From a candidate division FCPU426 bacterium (GTDB lineage: Bacteria > Oederibacteriota > JAAXVQ01 > JAUVAV01), in NCBI GenBank assembly GCA_040756875.1, contig JBFLYH010000001.1, positions 1,341,367-1,405,366 on the forward strand: a stretch of 64,000 nt of DNA, written 5' to 3'. The notes below the pieces were generated by a model. That model was not told the origin of the DNA, made no database searches, and saw only the letters and a program-made list of their open reading frames with translations. Positions 19,815-29,126 of this stretch are shown in pieces. How positions within the stretch are numbered: position 1 is the first letter of the stretch; the number at the start of each line of letters is the position of its first letter. The position numbers and the translations under genes are program-made.

Positions 19815-21995
19815 ATGGCGAATATTATGAAAAAATTCAACCTGCTTAAACAACAGATGCAAGCGGAGCGGGAACAACATTTCCATCCGACCAAGACCGT
19901 GATCCACGTCGGCTCCGCCACCTGTGAAAACGCAGCCGGCGCGGAGGAAGTGCGGGCGGAATTCGAAAAGCTGCTCAAAGCCTCGGGCCGCGACGACATT
20001 GTGATCCGCCAGACCGGGTGCACGGGCCGCTGCTCGCGCGAGCCGATCGTGGGCGTGTTCAAGCCCGGCCAGTTCCCCTTCAAATACGAGCAGGTCACCG
20101 TGTCCAAAGTCCAGGAGATCTTCCAGCAGCACGTGCTGGACGGCAAGCCGGTGGTGCACCTGATCCTGGACAAAAAGACCTCCAACATCTACTCCCGGGT
20201 GGTGACTTTTTCCTCCCTTTCGACCGTGGCCACCGGGCTGCCGAGCAAATGGCAGCCAATTTTCCAGCAGCGCCTGCAGGCCCTGGGCCTGCCCGCGGAC
20301 TCGATCCGCGCCTTTACCGGCGGCTGCCTGGGCCTGTATTCGGCCGGCGAAGAAGGCGAACGCGTGGGCATGCTGGTGTTCCCGGAAAAAGTGGTGTACG
20401 CCTTTTCCACCACCGAGGAACTGGACCAGATCATCCAGTCCCAGTTCGTCAAAAACCAGGTCTACAAACCCCTGCAGGTGCAGATCGACCCCCTGATCAA
20501 CCGGTTCTTCACGCTGTACGGTGACGTGGCCTTTTTCAACAAGCAAACCCGCCTGACCCTGCGCAACAGCGGCATCATTGATCCCGAAAGCCTGGCTGAC
20601 TACATCGCCAACGACGGGTTCGAGGCCCTGGCCATGGTGCTGATCAAGGGCGACCCGAATTTCGTGCTGGAGGAAGTGACGCGCTCCGGCCTGCGGGGGC
20701 GCGGAGGCGGCGGCTATCCCACGGGCCTGAAGTGGCGCGACGCCGTGCGGAGCCAGGACCCGGTCCGCTACGTGGTGTGCAACGCGGACGAAGGCGATCC
20801 CGGCGCGTACATGGACCGCAGCGCCCTGGAAGGCGACCCGTTCAGCATCATCCACGGCATGGCTTTGGGCGCCTACGCCGTGGGAGCGCACCAGGGATAC
20901 ATTTACGTGCGCGCGGAGTATCCCCTGGCCATCAAGCGCCTGGAGATCGCCCTGGAGCAGTGCCGCCAGGCGAACCTGTTGGGCAAGAACATTTTGGATT
21001 CCGGGTTCGACTTCGACCTGGAACTGCGGCTCGGCGCCGGCGCCTTCGTATGCGGCGAGGAAACGGCGCTCATGTACTCCATCGAGGGCAAACGCGGGCA
21101 GCCGCGCCTGCGGCCTCCCTACCCCACCCAATCCGGCCTGTGGGGCCATCCCACAGTCATCAACAACGTCGAGACCTGGGCCAATGTGCCGGTGATCATC
21201 CGCCACGGCGCGGACTGGTTCGCCCGCATGGGCACGCCCAACAGCAAAGGCACCAAAGTGTTCGCCCTGGCCGGCAAGATCAAGAATTCGGGCCTGGTCG
21301 AGGTGCCCATGGGCACCACCCTGGAGGAAATCATCTACGACATCGGCGGCGGCGTGTCCGAAGGCCGGACCCTCAAGGCCGTGCAGACCGGCGGGCCCTC
21401 GGGCGGCTGCATTCCCGTCTCCATGATCAAAACCCCCGTGGACTACCAATCCCTGCAGCAGGCCGGTTCCATCATGGGGTCAGGCGGTATGATCGTGCTC
21501 GACGACCAGGACTGCATGGTCGCCACGGCGAAATACTTCCTCGAGTTTACCCAGGACGAATCCTGCGGCAAGTGCGTCCCCTGTCGTGAAGGCACCCTGC
21601 GCATGCTCGAGATCCTCAAGCGGATCACCGCAGGCCAGGGCGTGATGGAAGACCTGGACAAGCTGGAGCGGCTGGGGCGGCTGATCCAGAAAACCTCGCT
21701 CTGCGGCCTGGGCCAGAACGCGCCCAACCCGGTGTTGAGCGCGCTCAAGCATTTCCGCGAGGAGTTCGAAATTCACATCCGCGAGCGGCGCTGCCCCACG
21801 CAGAAATGCTCCCAGCTGATCCATTACGAGATCCTCGCGGACAAGTGCACGGGCTGCACGCTCTGCGCCCGGCGCTGCCCCGTGACCTGCATCAGCGGCA
21901 CGGCGCGGCATCCGCATGTCATTGACCAGAACCGCTGCATCAAGTGCGGCGAATGCTACAACGTGTGCAAATTCAACGCCGTGGAAAAGAAATAA
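19815..21995 (+). CDS. [FeFe]-hydrogenase NADH-binding flavoprotein subunit (HydB/HndC-like)
   Basis: N-terminal NuoE-like thioredoxin-fold [2Fe-2S] domain. NuoF core with GGRGGGGYPTGLKW (NADH/FMN) and CGKCVPCREG. C-terminal 2x[4Fe-4S] ferredoxin (CTGCTLCARRCP...CIKCGECYNVC). This fused NuoE-NuoF-ferredoxin architecture is typical of bifurcating hydrogenase beta subunits. Confidence 0.85.
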   Translation: MANIMKKFNLLKQQMQAEREQHFHPTKTVIHVGSATCENAAGAEEVRAEFEKLLKASGRDDIVIRQTGCTGRCSREPIVGVFKPGQFPFKYEQVTVSKVQEIFQQHVLDGKPVVHLILDKKTSNIYSRVVTFSSLSTVATGLPSKWQPIFQQRLQALGLPADSIRAFTGGCLGLYSAGEEGERVGMLVFPEKVVYAFSTTEELDQIIQSQFVKNQVYKPLQVQIDPLINRFFTLYGDVAFFNKQTRLTLRNSGIIDPESLADYIANDGFEALAMVLIKGDPNFVLEEVTRSGLRGRGGGGYPTGLKWRDAVRSQDPVRYVVCNADEGDPGAYMDRSALEGDPFSIIHGMALGAYAVGAHQGYIYVRAEYPLAIKRLEIALEQCRQANLLGKNILDSGFDFDLELRLGAGAFVCGEETALMYSIEGKRGQPRLRPPYPTQSGLWGHPTVINNVETWANVPVIIRHGADWFARMGTPNSKGTKVFALAGKIKNSGLVEVPMGTTLEEIIYDIGGGVSEGRTLKAVQTGGPSGGCIPVSMIKTPVDYQSLQQAGSIMGSGGMIVLDDQDCMVATAKYFLEFTQDESCGKCVPCREGTLRMLEILKRITAGQGVMEDLDKLERLGRLIQKTSLCGLGQNAPNPVLSALKHFREEFEIHIRERRCPTQKCSQLIHYEILADKCTGCTLCARRCPVTCISGTARHPHVIDQNRCIKCGECYNVCKFNAVEKK

Positions 21996-22009
21996 TTTGT
22001 GCACATGGG

Positions 22010-22113
22010 GATCACGAAGAGCGCGAAGAAACAACAAATCATTAAATTTGTTTAGCAGTAAAATTCAGGAACCTTTTCGCGTGCTTCGGTCTTTCTTCGT
22101 GCCCTTCGTGATC
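22010..22113 (+). other. imperfect 22-bp inverted repeat (GATCACGAAGAGCGCGAAGAAA / TTTCTTCGTGCCCTTCGTGATC) enclosing a 7-bp palindrome (AACAAAT-cattaa-ATTTGTT), in the hydB-hydA spacer
   Basis: Read directly from the 142-nt hydB-hydA intergenic region. 21 of 22 positions pair, one as a G-U wobble. Potential ~100-nt mRNA stem-loop or protein operator. Confidence 0.4.
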
Positions 22114-22137
22114 AATATCTTGTGATAGGATGACGCC

Positions 22138-23892
22138 ATGAAAACCATCAATCTCGAGATCGACGGTCTGCCGGTGCAGGTTCCGGAGAACACCACCATC
22201 ATGGAGGCCGCGCAGACGATCGGCATCCATATCCCCCGGTTGTGCTACCATCCGGACCTGTCCATCGAGGGCGCCTGCCGCATCTGCATCGTAGCCGTGG
22301 ACGGCGCGCGCACTTTCCAGACCTCCTGTTCCACCCGGGTGCAGGAGGGCATGAAAATCCAGACCAATTCGCCGGAGATCAGGCAGGCCCGGCGCGACCT
22401 GGTCGAACTGATCCTGGACAACCACCCGCGCGAATGCCAGACCTGCGAGCGGGACGGCCAGTGCGAGCTGCAAAACCTGGCGTACAACCTCGGAGTCCGC
22501 GAACGCCTGTTCGAAGGCTGGCGCAAGGAATTCCCGATCGAAGACTCCAGCCACTCCGTGGTCAGGGACTCGGAGCGCTGCATCCTGTGCCGGCGCTGCG
22601 TGCGCGTCTGTTCCGAAATTCAGGGCGTGCACAACCTGAGCCAGCTGCACCGCGGCGTGCGGACCGTGGTGACCCCGGCCTTTGAATCGCCCATGTCCGA
22701 TTCAGTGTGCATCAACTGCGGCCAGTGCATCAATGTCTGCCCCACGGCCGCCTTCCTGGAAAAACGCTCCACCGAGGAAGTCTGGGCCGCCCTGGCTGAC
22801 CCCGGCAAGCACGTGGTGGCGCAGATCGCGCCCTCGATCCGCGCGGCCATCGGCGAAGGCTTCGGCCTGGCGCCGGGCACGCCGGCCACGCACCAAACTG
22901 TCACCGCCCTGCGCCGCCTGGGATTCGAGGCGGTGTTCGACACCAATTTCGGGGCGGACCTGACCGTCATCGAGGAAGCGCACGAACTGGTGCAGCGGCT
23001 CAAGCAAAACGACCGCCTGCCGCTCCTGACCTCGTGTTCCTCCGGGTGGATCAAATTTCTGGAGCATTTTTATCCCGAACTGATCCCGCACGCCTCCTCC
23101 TGCCGCTCCCCCATGACCATGCTTTCCGCGCTGCTGAAAACCTACTACGCGGAAATGAAGGGCCTGGATCCCAAGGACATTTACGTCGTGGCGGTCATGC
23201 CCTGCACGGCCAAGAAATTCGAGATCATCCGGCCCGAACACCGTCACGAAAACGGCCGGCCGTACACCGACGCGGTATTGACCACGCGGGAACTGGTCTG
23301 GATGATCAAAGCCTATGGCATCGACTTCACCAAGCTCCCGGACGGTGATTTCGACTCGCCCCTGGGCTTTTCCTCGGGCGCGGCCGACATTTTCGGCGCC
23401 ACAGGCGGCGTCATGGAAGCGGCCTTGCGCACGGCCGTGGAAACCCTGACCGGCAAGCCTCTGGCCAAGCTGGATTTCACCGAGGTGCGCGCGGTCGAGG
23501 GGCTGAAGGAAGCCACTTTGGACGTGGCGGGGATGAGCATCAACGTGGCGGTGGCCAACGGTCTAACCAACGCCAAAACCATCCTGGAAAAGGTCAAGGC
23601 CGGCGAGAAACCCTACCATTTGATCGAGATCATGGCCTGCCCGGGCGGCTGCATCGGCGGCGGCGGACAGCCATACCCGCCGGACGGCCACTACGTGCTG
23701 GACCGCGAAATTTACCGCTTGCGGACCCAAGCCCTGTACACCATCGACGCGGAAAAAACCGTGCGCAAATCGCACGACAATCCTTTTATCAAGGAACTGT
23801 ACGATAAATTCCTGGGGAGCCCGGGCAGCGAGAAGGCGCACCATCTGCTGCACACCCACTATGCTCCCCGCGAACCCCGAGGCATCAAATGA
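22138..23892 (+). CDS. hydA: [FeFe]-hydrogenase catalytic subunit, M3-type (NuoG-like N-terminus + H-cluster domain)
   Basis: N-terminal [2Fe-2S] (CYHPDLSIEGACRIC), His-ligated [4Fe-4S] (HPRECQTCERDGQCELQ), and two ferredoxin [4Fe-4S] motifs. H-cluster motifs L2 (VMPCTAKKFE) and L3 (EIMACPGGCIGGGGQP) are canonical. L1 reads TSCSSGW instead of TSCCPxW. Confidence 0.9.
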   Translation: MKTINLEIDGLPVQVPENTTIMEAAQTIGIHIPRLCYHPDLSIEGACRICIVAVDGARTFQTSCSTRVQEGMKIQTNSPEIRQARRDLVELILDNHPRECQTCERDGQCELQNLAYNLGVRERLFEGWRKEFPIEDSSHSVVRDSERCILCRRCVRVCSEIQGVHNLSQLHRGVRTVVTPAFESPMSDSVCINCGQCINVCPTAAFLEKRSTEEVWAALADPGKHVVAQIAPSIRAAIGEGFGLAPGTPATHQTVTALRRLGFEAVFDTNFGADLTVIEEAHELVQRLKQNDRLPLLTSCSSGWIKFLEHFYPELIPHASSCRSPMTMLSALLKTYYAEMKGLDPKDIYVVAVMPCTAKKFEIIRPEHRHENGRPYTDAVLTTRELVWMIKAYGIDFTKLPDGDFDSPLGFSSGAADIFGATGGVMEAALRTAVETLTGKPLAKLDFTEVRAVEGLKEATLDVAGMSINVAVANGLTNAKTILEKVKAGEKPYHLIEIMACPGGCIGGGGQPYPPDGHYVLDREIYRLRTQALYTIDAEKTVRKSHDNPFIKELYDKFLGSPGSEKAHHLLHTHYAPREPRGIK

Positions 23893-24404
23893 GCGTAGAA
23901 ACCGCTGAAACGTTGGATCCCCAAATCATCGCTTATATCGAGGCGTGCAGGAAACTTCCGCATCCCGAAAGCTACCTCATGTCCATTTTGCACCGGGTGC
24001 AGGGCCGGTACGGTTATTTATCCCAGGCGCATATGGCCGAAGTGGCCCAGCGCCTGCAGGTCCCGACTTCGGCAGTGAGCGGCGTTTCCACGTTCTATCA
24101 CTTTTTCCGCCTCCAACCCCAGGGCAAATACGCCATCTCGGTCTGTCTGGGCACGGCGTGCTTCGTGAAAGGCGCGGATAAAATCCTGGAGGCTTTTCAG
24201 TCCGAGTTGGGAATCGAATTGGGCGAGACGACCAAGGATGGGTTATTTTCGCTGGAAAACACGCGCTGCCTGGGCGTCTGCGGCCTGGCGCCCGTGGTGA
24301 CGATCAATGACAAAGTATACAGCCAGGTAACGCCCCAGCAAGTGCCGGAAATGCTGAACCGGCTTCTGGCCGCCGAAGCCAAGGAAACCGCGCCCACGGC
24401 CTGA
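23889..24404 (+). CDS. NuoE-like [2Fe-2S] thioredoxin-fold subunit (HydC/HndA-like)
   Basis: ATGA start/stop overlap with hydA. Sequence ...ISVCLGTACFVKGADKILEAF...TRCLGVCGLAPVVTIN is the NuoE/HoxE family four-Cys pattern. Confidence 0.85.
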   Translation: MSVETAETLDPQIIAYIEACRKLPHPESYLMSILHRVQGRYGYLSQAHMAEVAQRLQVPTSAVSGVSTFYHFFRLQPQGKYAISVCLGTACFVKGADKILEAFQSELGIELGETTKDGLFSLENTRCLGVCGLAPVVTINDKVYSQVTPQQVPEMLNRLLAAEAKETAPTA

Positions 24405-24497
24405 AGCAAAGTCTGCCGGACGCCGTTTTCGCCGGGGGGAGGCTGCCCCCGCCCGCCAATCCCGAAATCCCCGCCCGGTACATGCAGGCCGGCGAAC

Positions 24498-25475
24498 TCA
24501 AGGCATGATCTTGCAGCGAATCTGGTTCTTTCCATTGTGCTTGGCGGAGTACATGAGGAAATCCGCCTCCGCCAGCACTTGGTCCACGCTTTCCGGCGCC
24601 TTGGAAAAAGTCACCACCCCGAAACTGCAGGTGACCTGCCACCCGTTCTGTTGCATCATATGTGCCAGGCTGGCTTGCAACCGCTGGGAAACCGCGTAAG
24701 CCAGCGCGGCTTCGGTTTCCGGCAGCAAAACCACAAACTCGTCCCCGCCCAACCTGGCCAGCATATCGACTGTGCGGATGTTCCGTTTAATGGTTTCGGC
24801 GACCAGGCGCAGCAGTAAATCGCCGGTATTATGCCCGTAAGTGTCGTTGATGTTCTTGAAATTATCCAGGTCCAGATAGACCAGGGAAAACGACCGTTTG
24901 AACCGGGATGAGCGGTTGATTTCGCCGGTCGCCAGTTCGAAAAAAGACCGCCGGTTGGCAACGCCGGTCAGGACGTCGGTCCGGGCCAGATGCCGCTGGG
25001 TTTCCAGCGCGTTCCGCAATTCCGCCAAGGTAAAAGCGATCGCCAAAAATACCATCAGCCGCAAAAATTCGTTGATGTACGGCACCCAGCGGGCGGAAAA
25101 GTGCTTGACCAGCAGCAAATCTGCCGTAAGCCACGAAAGCGCGCTAAGCCCCGCGAAGATGAATCCAGCCCAACGTCCGACCCGCCAGGTGACAACACAG
25201 ACCGGGACCAGGTAAAACAGGGACAAGGCGAGTTCCGGGCCTGTCAGCACCCGCATCCATCCCAATAAGACGACGGCCATGAGCGCCAAAACAACGATCA
25301 GCGTTTTGGGTTCTTTGTGGAAATAATCCAGCACGGAACTCGTCCGGATTTCGGAGCTCTGCCGGAGGGGCTCCTTGGGTTTGGACTCCAGCTTGACTGC
25401 GCACTGCTTCAATAACATGGCGAACATTTCTTGCACCCCTCCTTCCCAAGGATTTGGTCCTTGGGAGCTTTCCAC
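24498..25475 (-). CDS. membrane-anchored diguanylate cyclase (GGDEF)
   Basis: Four to five N-terminal TM helices, then a GGDEF domain with intact RLGGDEFVVLL active site and DLDNFKNINDTYGHNTGD. Start position uncertain. Confidence 0.8.
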   Translation of the reverse strand: MESSQGPNPWEGGVQEMFAMLLKQCAVKLESKPKEPLRQSSEIRTSSVLDYFHKEPKTLIVVLALMAVVLLGWMRVLTGPELALSLFYLVPVCVVTWRVGRWAGFIFAGLSALSWLTADLLLVKHFSARWVPYINEFLRLMVFLAIAFTLAELRNALETQRHLARTDVLTGVANRRSFFELATGEINRSSRFKRSFSLVYLDLDNFKNINDTYGHNTGDLLLRLVAETIKRNIRTVDMLARLGGDEFVVLLPETEAALAYAVSQRLQASLAHMMQQNGWQVTCSFGVVTFSKAPESVDQVLAEADFLMYSAKHNGKNQIRCKIMP

Positions 25476-25564
25476 ATAATGATCGACCGCTTGTCAGCGG
25501 CGTTGACAGCTCTCCGTGCTCTTTCCGCGGTTTTAAAAAGAGCGCCCGTTTTTCGCGGCGGCGA

Positions 25565-26107
25565 TTACAAAACGAGGTCTCGCAGGCGGGGATTGCGTTT
25601 GTCCTTGTCCGACAGCAAAAACTCCATGCCGATATCAGGCCAGGCAATGCCGATTTCCGGATCGTCCCACAACAATCCGCCCTCGTGTTCGGGCGAATAA
25701 ATGTCCGTGGTTTTGTAATGCACTTCCGTGGCGTCCGCCATCGCGCAAAACCCGTGGGCAAAACCCGGCGGAATAAACAACATCGCTTTGTTCTCTTCGC
25801 TCAGCACCTCGCCCACCCAACGGCCGAAGGTGGGCGAACCGCGGCGTATATCCACGGCCACGTCGAAAATGGCTCCGCGCAGGGCCCGCACCAGCTTGCC
25901 CTGGCTTCTCGGCTCTCTTTGAAAATGGAGCCCCCGCAGCACGCCCTTGGCCGAGCGGCTATGGTTATCCTGCACAAAACGCAGGGCCAGGCCGTGTTCC
26001 GCAAACCTGGTTTGGTGGTACGTTTCCATGAAAAAACCCCGGGCATCTGAAAAAACCCGGGGTTCGATCCGGACCACTTCCGACAATGACAGGGGCGTGA
26101 ATTTCAC
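25565..26107 (-). CDS. rfbC: dTDP-4-dehydrorhamnose 3,5-epimerase
   Basis: RGFFMETY...GVLRGLHFQ...QGKLVRALRGAIFDVAVDIRRGSPTFGRW...FIPPGFAHGF. Full-length RmlC cupin. Isolated from other rml genes. Confidence 0.9.
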   Translation of the reverse strand: MKFTPLSLSEVVRIEPRVFSDARGFFMETYHQTRFAEHGLALRFVQDNHSRSAKGVLRGLHFQREPRSQGKLVRALRGAIFDVAVDIRRGSPTFGRWVGEVLSEENKAMLFIPPGFAHGFCAMADATEVHYKTTDIYSPEHEGGLLWDDPEIGIAWPDIGMEFLLSDKDKRNPRLRDLVL

Positions 26108-26144
26108 GTTCCAAAACCTTCCGGGTCAAGGCCGCCGGCGGACT

Positions 26145-26483
26145 TCAAGCCAGCGTGCGCTCCCAATTTTCTTCCAACGGCCGGGTAAACTGCAATCCCA
26201 GGTATATTTTTTCGCCCTTGGTCCGCGACCAGACGATCAAGCCGCGGCCTTCCCACACCTGCCGTTCTTCATCCAGCAGAAACGCCAAATCCACGGGCGT
26301 GCCGACCGGCAGTTCCTGTTCGGTCTCGATCATCGCGCCCCCGGCGGACATATTACGCACCGTGCCGAAGATGTCCTCTTCCCGGTCCGGGCTGAGATTC
26401 TGGCGGGCGATGAGGTAGCAAGGCACCCGTTCAAATTTCCGCCGCTCGATGTCCATATCCGCCTCGTGGAGCTCCCCGAGCAC
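26145..26483 (-). CDS. PilZ-domain c-di-GMP binding protein
   Basis: RxxxR motif (ERRKFERV) and D/NxSxxG motif (RNMSAGGAMI), about 112 aa. Sits near the GGDEF gene. Confidence 0.75.
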   Translation of the reverse strand: MLGELHEADMDIERRKFERVPCYLIARQNLSPDREEDIFGTVRNMSAGGAMIETEQELPVGTPVDLAFLLDEERQVWEGRGLIVWSRTKGEKIYLGLQFTRPLEENWERTLA

Positions 26484-26845
26484 GCTCGGGGCACCTTTCC
26501 TGCCATGCGTTTTGCAGCCTGGCAGGCGGCGACCAAAGGAAGTCCCCTCGCGGGCGACGTCCCCGGAGCAGGCGTTTAAATATCCCCGGTCGAAAGGCCC
26601 GTGGCCTGCGTAGGGGGGCCGGTCCTGAATCCCTGGGTAGGCATCGGAAGTTTAAGTTTGCGAAGGGGCTAAATTATAACATAAGCTCGCGGGATTTCCA
26701 CCTGATTATTGATTTGACCGCCATCCGCCCTGCCGCTACAATGTCGAAACCGTTGAACCGAAACAGTCCGAATCAACCGCAGAGGGCGCTGGCAACCTCC
26801 AATCCCTCCGCGTGCTGCGCGGCATCTCTTCCAAAAGGAGATTCT

Positions 26846-27448
26846 ATGAATATCGTCTGGCTGGCCCTGATCGCCCTGGCGGTCCTGACCGCGGTCTTCC
26901 GCGGCACCATGCCCGCGGTTTCCTCCGCCGTCTTTTCTTCCGCCAACACCGCCGTGGAACTGTCCCTGGGCCTCGTCGGCGGCATGACTTTGTTTCTGGG
27001 GCTCATGCGCGTGGCCCAGGACGCCGGCCTGGTCCAAGCCCTGGCCAAGGCTTTGCGGCCGCTGTTTCGGTGGCTTTTCCCGGAAGTGCCCCGCGACCAC
27101 CCGGCCCTGGGCGCGATCGCCATGAACCTGGGCGCCAACATGCTGGGGTTGGGCGACGCGGCCACGCCCATGGGGCTTAAAGCCATGCAGGAGCTGCAAA
27201 CGCTGAATCCGGACCCCGAGCGGGCCACAGACGCGATGTGCCTGTTCATTGCCCTCCATTCCAGCTCGTTGCAGCTGATTCCAGTCATGGTCATCAGCCT
27301 CCGGGCGGCAGCCGGTTCCAAAAATCCGGCCGAAATTATCATCCCCACCATGGTCGGCACGCTCTGCGCCGCGGCGGTGGCGGTGTTCGCCTCCAAAACC
27401 CTGGGCCGGCTGTCCAAGGCCAAACCCGGGAGGCAGACCTCATGTTAA
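26846..27448 (+). CDS. SpmA-like nucleoside-recognition (Gate) domain membrane protein
   Basis: AAGGAG RBS before ATG 26846. Sequence MNIVWLALIALAVLTAVFRG...ELSLGLVGGMTLFLGLMRVAQDAGL...MNLGANMLGLGDAATPMGLKAMQEL matches the spore-maturation-protein-A / nucleoside transporter Gate family. Confidence 0.7.
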   Translation: MNIVWLALIALAVLTAVFRGTMPAVSSAVFSSANTAVELSLGLVGGMTLFLGLMRVAQDAGLVQALAKALRPLFRWLFPEVPRDHPALGAIAMNLGANMLGLGDAATPMGLKAMQELQTLNPDPERATDAMCLFIALHSSSLQLIPVMVISLRAAAGSKNPAEIIIPTMVGTLCAAAVAVFASKTLGRLSKAKPGRQTSC

Positions 27449-27978
27449 AGGACCTGGCAGGCAGCCTTTCCAACTGGATCGTTCCTTTCCTGGTGCTGGG
27501 CATTCCGCTGTATGCCTATGCCGCTAAACGCATCAAGGTGTATGAGAGTTTCATCGAAGGCGCCAAGGAAGGTTTCTCCATCGGCGTGCGGATCATCCCC
27601 TACCTGGTGGGCATCCTGGTGGCCATCGGAATGTTCAGGGCCAGCGGCGCCATGGACTGGCTGGTTTCACTGTTAAGGCCTGCCGTGCAACTGGTGGGAT
27701 TCCCGCCGGAAGTGCTGCCCACGGCGCTGATGAAACCATTCTCAGGTTCCGGCTCCTTGGGCCTGATGTCGGACTTGTTCAAAGTCCATAGCCCGGATTC
27801 TTTTATTGGCCGCCTGGCGAGCGTCATCCAAGGCAGCACGGAAACCACCTTCTATGTGCTGGCGGTTTACGCCGGGTCCGTGGCAGTCCGGCAGACGCGC
27901 CATACTCTGGCTGCCAGCCTGCTCAGCGATCTGGCGGGACTGATTGGCGCTTTCCTGGCCTGCCTGGTGCTATTCTAG
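27442..27978 (+). CDS. SpmB-like membrane protein (pairs with SpmA-like protein)
   Basis: ATG 27442 overlaps the spmA-like stop. GGGAGG RBS. Sequence MLKDLAGSLSNWIVPFLVLGIPLYAYAAKRIKVYESFIEGAKEGF...GSTETTFYVLAVYAGSV. Confidence 0.7.
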   Translation: MLKDLAGSLSNWIVPFLVLGIPLYAYAAKRIKVYESFIEGAKEGFSIGVRIIPYLVGILVAIGMFRASGAMDWLVSLLRPAVQLVGFPPEVLPTALMKPFSGSGSLGLMSDLFKVHSPDSFIGRLASVIQGSTETTFYVLAVYAGSVAVRQTRHTLAASLLSDLAGLIGAFLACLVLF

Positions 27979-27979
27979 C

Positions 27980-28903
27980 ATGGCTCCCCTCATCCGCCCT
28001 CCCAGGCTCCTGCCCGGAGAACCGACGGCCTTGATTCTGCCGGCGTCCCCTCCCCGCGCGGGCCTGTTGGCAGCAGGCGCGCGCCGTTTGGAGCAAGCCG
28101 GTTACCGCGTCTCCCTGGGGCCGAATGCCCGGAGGCGTTGCGGCTACTTGGCGGGCACGGATGCGGAACGCCGCCGGGATCTGCAGTGGGCTTTCGGCGA
28201 ACCCGCCATCAAGGCGGTTTTTTGCGGCCGCGGTGGATACGGCGTCTCCCGCGTGCTGGAAAGCCTCCCGCCCGCGCTGCTGCGCAGGCATCCGAAAATT
28301 GTCGTGGGTTTTTCCGACATCACTTTGCTTCATCTGGCGCTACAGAAGGCAGGCTTGGTCAGTTTTTGGGGGCCCATGCCTGCAGCCTCCACGGGCTTGA
28401 CGCCATATGCCCTCCAGTGGTTGCGCAAGGCCCTGGAAGGCGGGAAGCCTTTGGGCCGCATCCAGCTCAAGGGACCGGTCATCCGTCCAGGCCGCGCGGA
28501 AGGCCGTTTAACCGGTGGAACGCTGACCTTGCTGGCCGCCAGCCTGGGCACGCCTTACGCGGTGGAGACCAGGGACCGGATTGTGTTTTTGGAGGATGTC
28601 GGCGAGGAACCGTACCGCGTGGACCGCATGCTGACCCAGTTGCTGGCCGCCGGGCGCCTGCGGGACGCGGCCGGCATTGTGCTCGGCCGCTTCGTGGACT
28701 GCAAACCCAGGAACCGTTCGTACCGTCCCAGCCAGTCGCTGGCCGAGGTATTCGCGGACCGTTTGGGGCCGCTCAAACTGCCGGTCGTCAGCGGCCTTCC
28801 CCTCGGCCATATTGCCAATCAAGTCACGTTGCCCTACGGAGTTAAAGCCAGGTTGGACGCCAACCGAGGAATTCTGGATATTGTGGAAACGGCGGTCGTT
28901 TGA
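27980..28903 (+). CDS. ldcA: LD-carboxypeptidase (muramoyl-tetrapeptide carboxypeptidase, peptidase S66)
   Basis: IKAVFCGRGGYGVSRVLESL...IVVGFSDITLLHLAL (Ser nucleophile in GFSD) ...FLEDVGEEPYRVDRML...LGHIANQVTLPYG. Starts 2 nt after the spmB-like stop. Confidence 0.8.
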   Translation: MAPLIRPPRLLPGEPTALILPASPPRAGLLAAGARRLEQAGYRVSLGPNARRRCGYLAGTDAERRRDLQWAFGEPAIKAVFCGRGGYGVSRVLESLPPALLRRHPKIVVGFSDITLLHLALQKAGLVSFWGPMPAASTGLTPYALQWLRKALEGGKPLGRIQLKGPVIRPGRAEGRLTGGTLTLLAASLGTPYAVETRDRIVFLEDVGEEPYRVDRMLTQLLAAGRLRDAAGIVLGRFVDCKPRNRSYRPSQSLAEVFADRLGPLKLPVVSGLPLGHIANQVTLPYGVKARLDANRGILDIVETAVV

Positions 28904-28922
28904 CCGCCCTTCACGCTTTTCT

Positions 28923-29126
28923 TCAGTCCTTCGCCCGAGTGTTCCAGCGGAAAGCCGCGTAAAGGGGATCATAACCGGATAGTGCGGTGATAAGCAGATA
29001 GATTGCAACCAGAATAAGCAACCCATTGAGGCCGCTGCGCGGTTCGCGCGTCATGCCGATCAAGCCGCACAAAGTGCAGACGAAAAACCGCGCGCCCTTG
29101 TCCAGGACGCCGAGGTTTTTAGTCAT
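28923..29126 (-). CDS. small two-TM membrane protein (DUF2892/YgaP-like?)
   Basis: 67 aa. GxLDKGARFFV followed by a hydrophobic hairpin. The 4-nt overlap with the downstream gene suggests a real gene. Family assignment is weak. Confidence 0.35.
   Translation of the reverse strand: MTKNLGVLDKGARFFVCTLCGLIGMTREPRSGLNGLLILVAIYLLITALSGYDPLYAAFRWNTRAKD

Noticed and set aside
20732-21589. Arg/Pro-rich 285-aa ORF in an alternative frame inside hydB
   Set aside because: Out-of-frame overlap with a well-supported CDS. Extreme Arg/Gly/Pro composition characteristic of shifted high-GC frames.
21996-22137. Rex operator (TTGTGAA-N6-TTCACAA) upstream of hydA
   Set aside because: Only a half-site-like TTGTGCACA is present. 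The observed inverted repeat has a different sequence and much larger spacing.
24405-24497. Possible terminator hairpin (GCCGGGGGGAGGCTGCCCCCGCC) between hydC and the convergent GGDEF gene
   Set aside because: Stem is imperfect and G/C homopolymeric with no clean U-tract on either strand. Not convincing enough to annotate as a feature.
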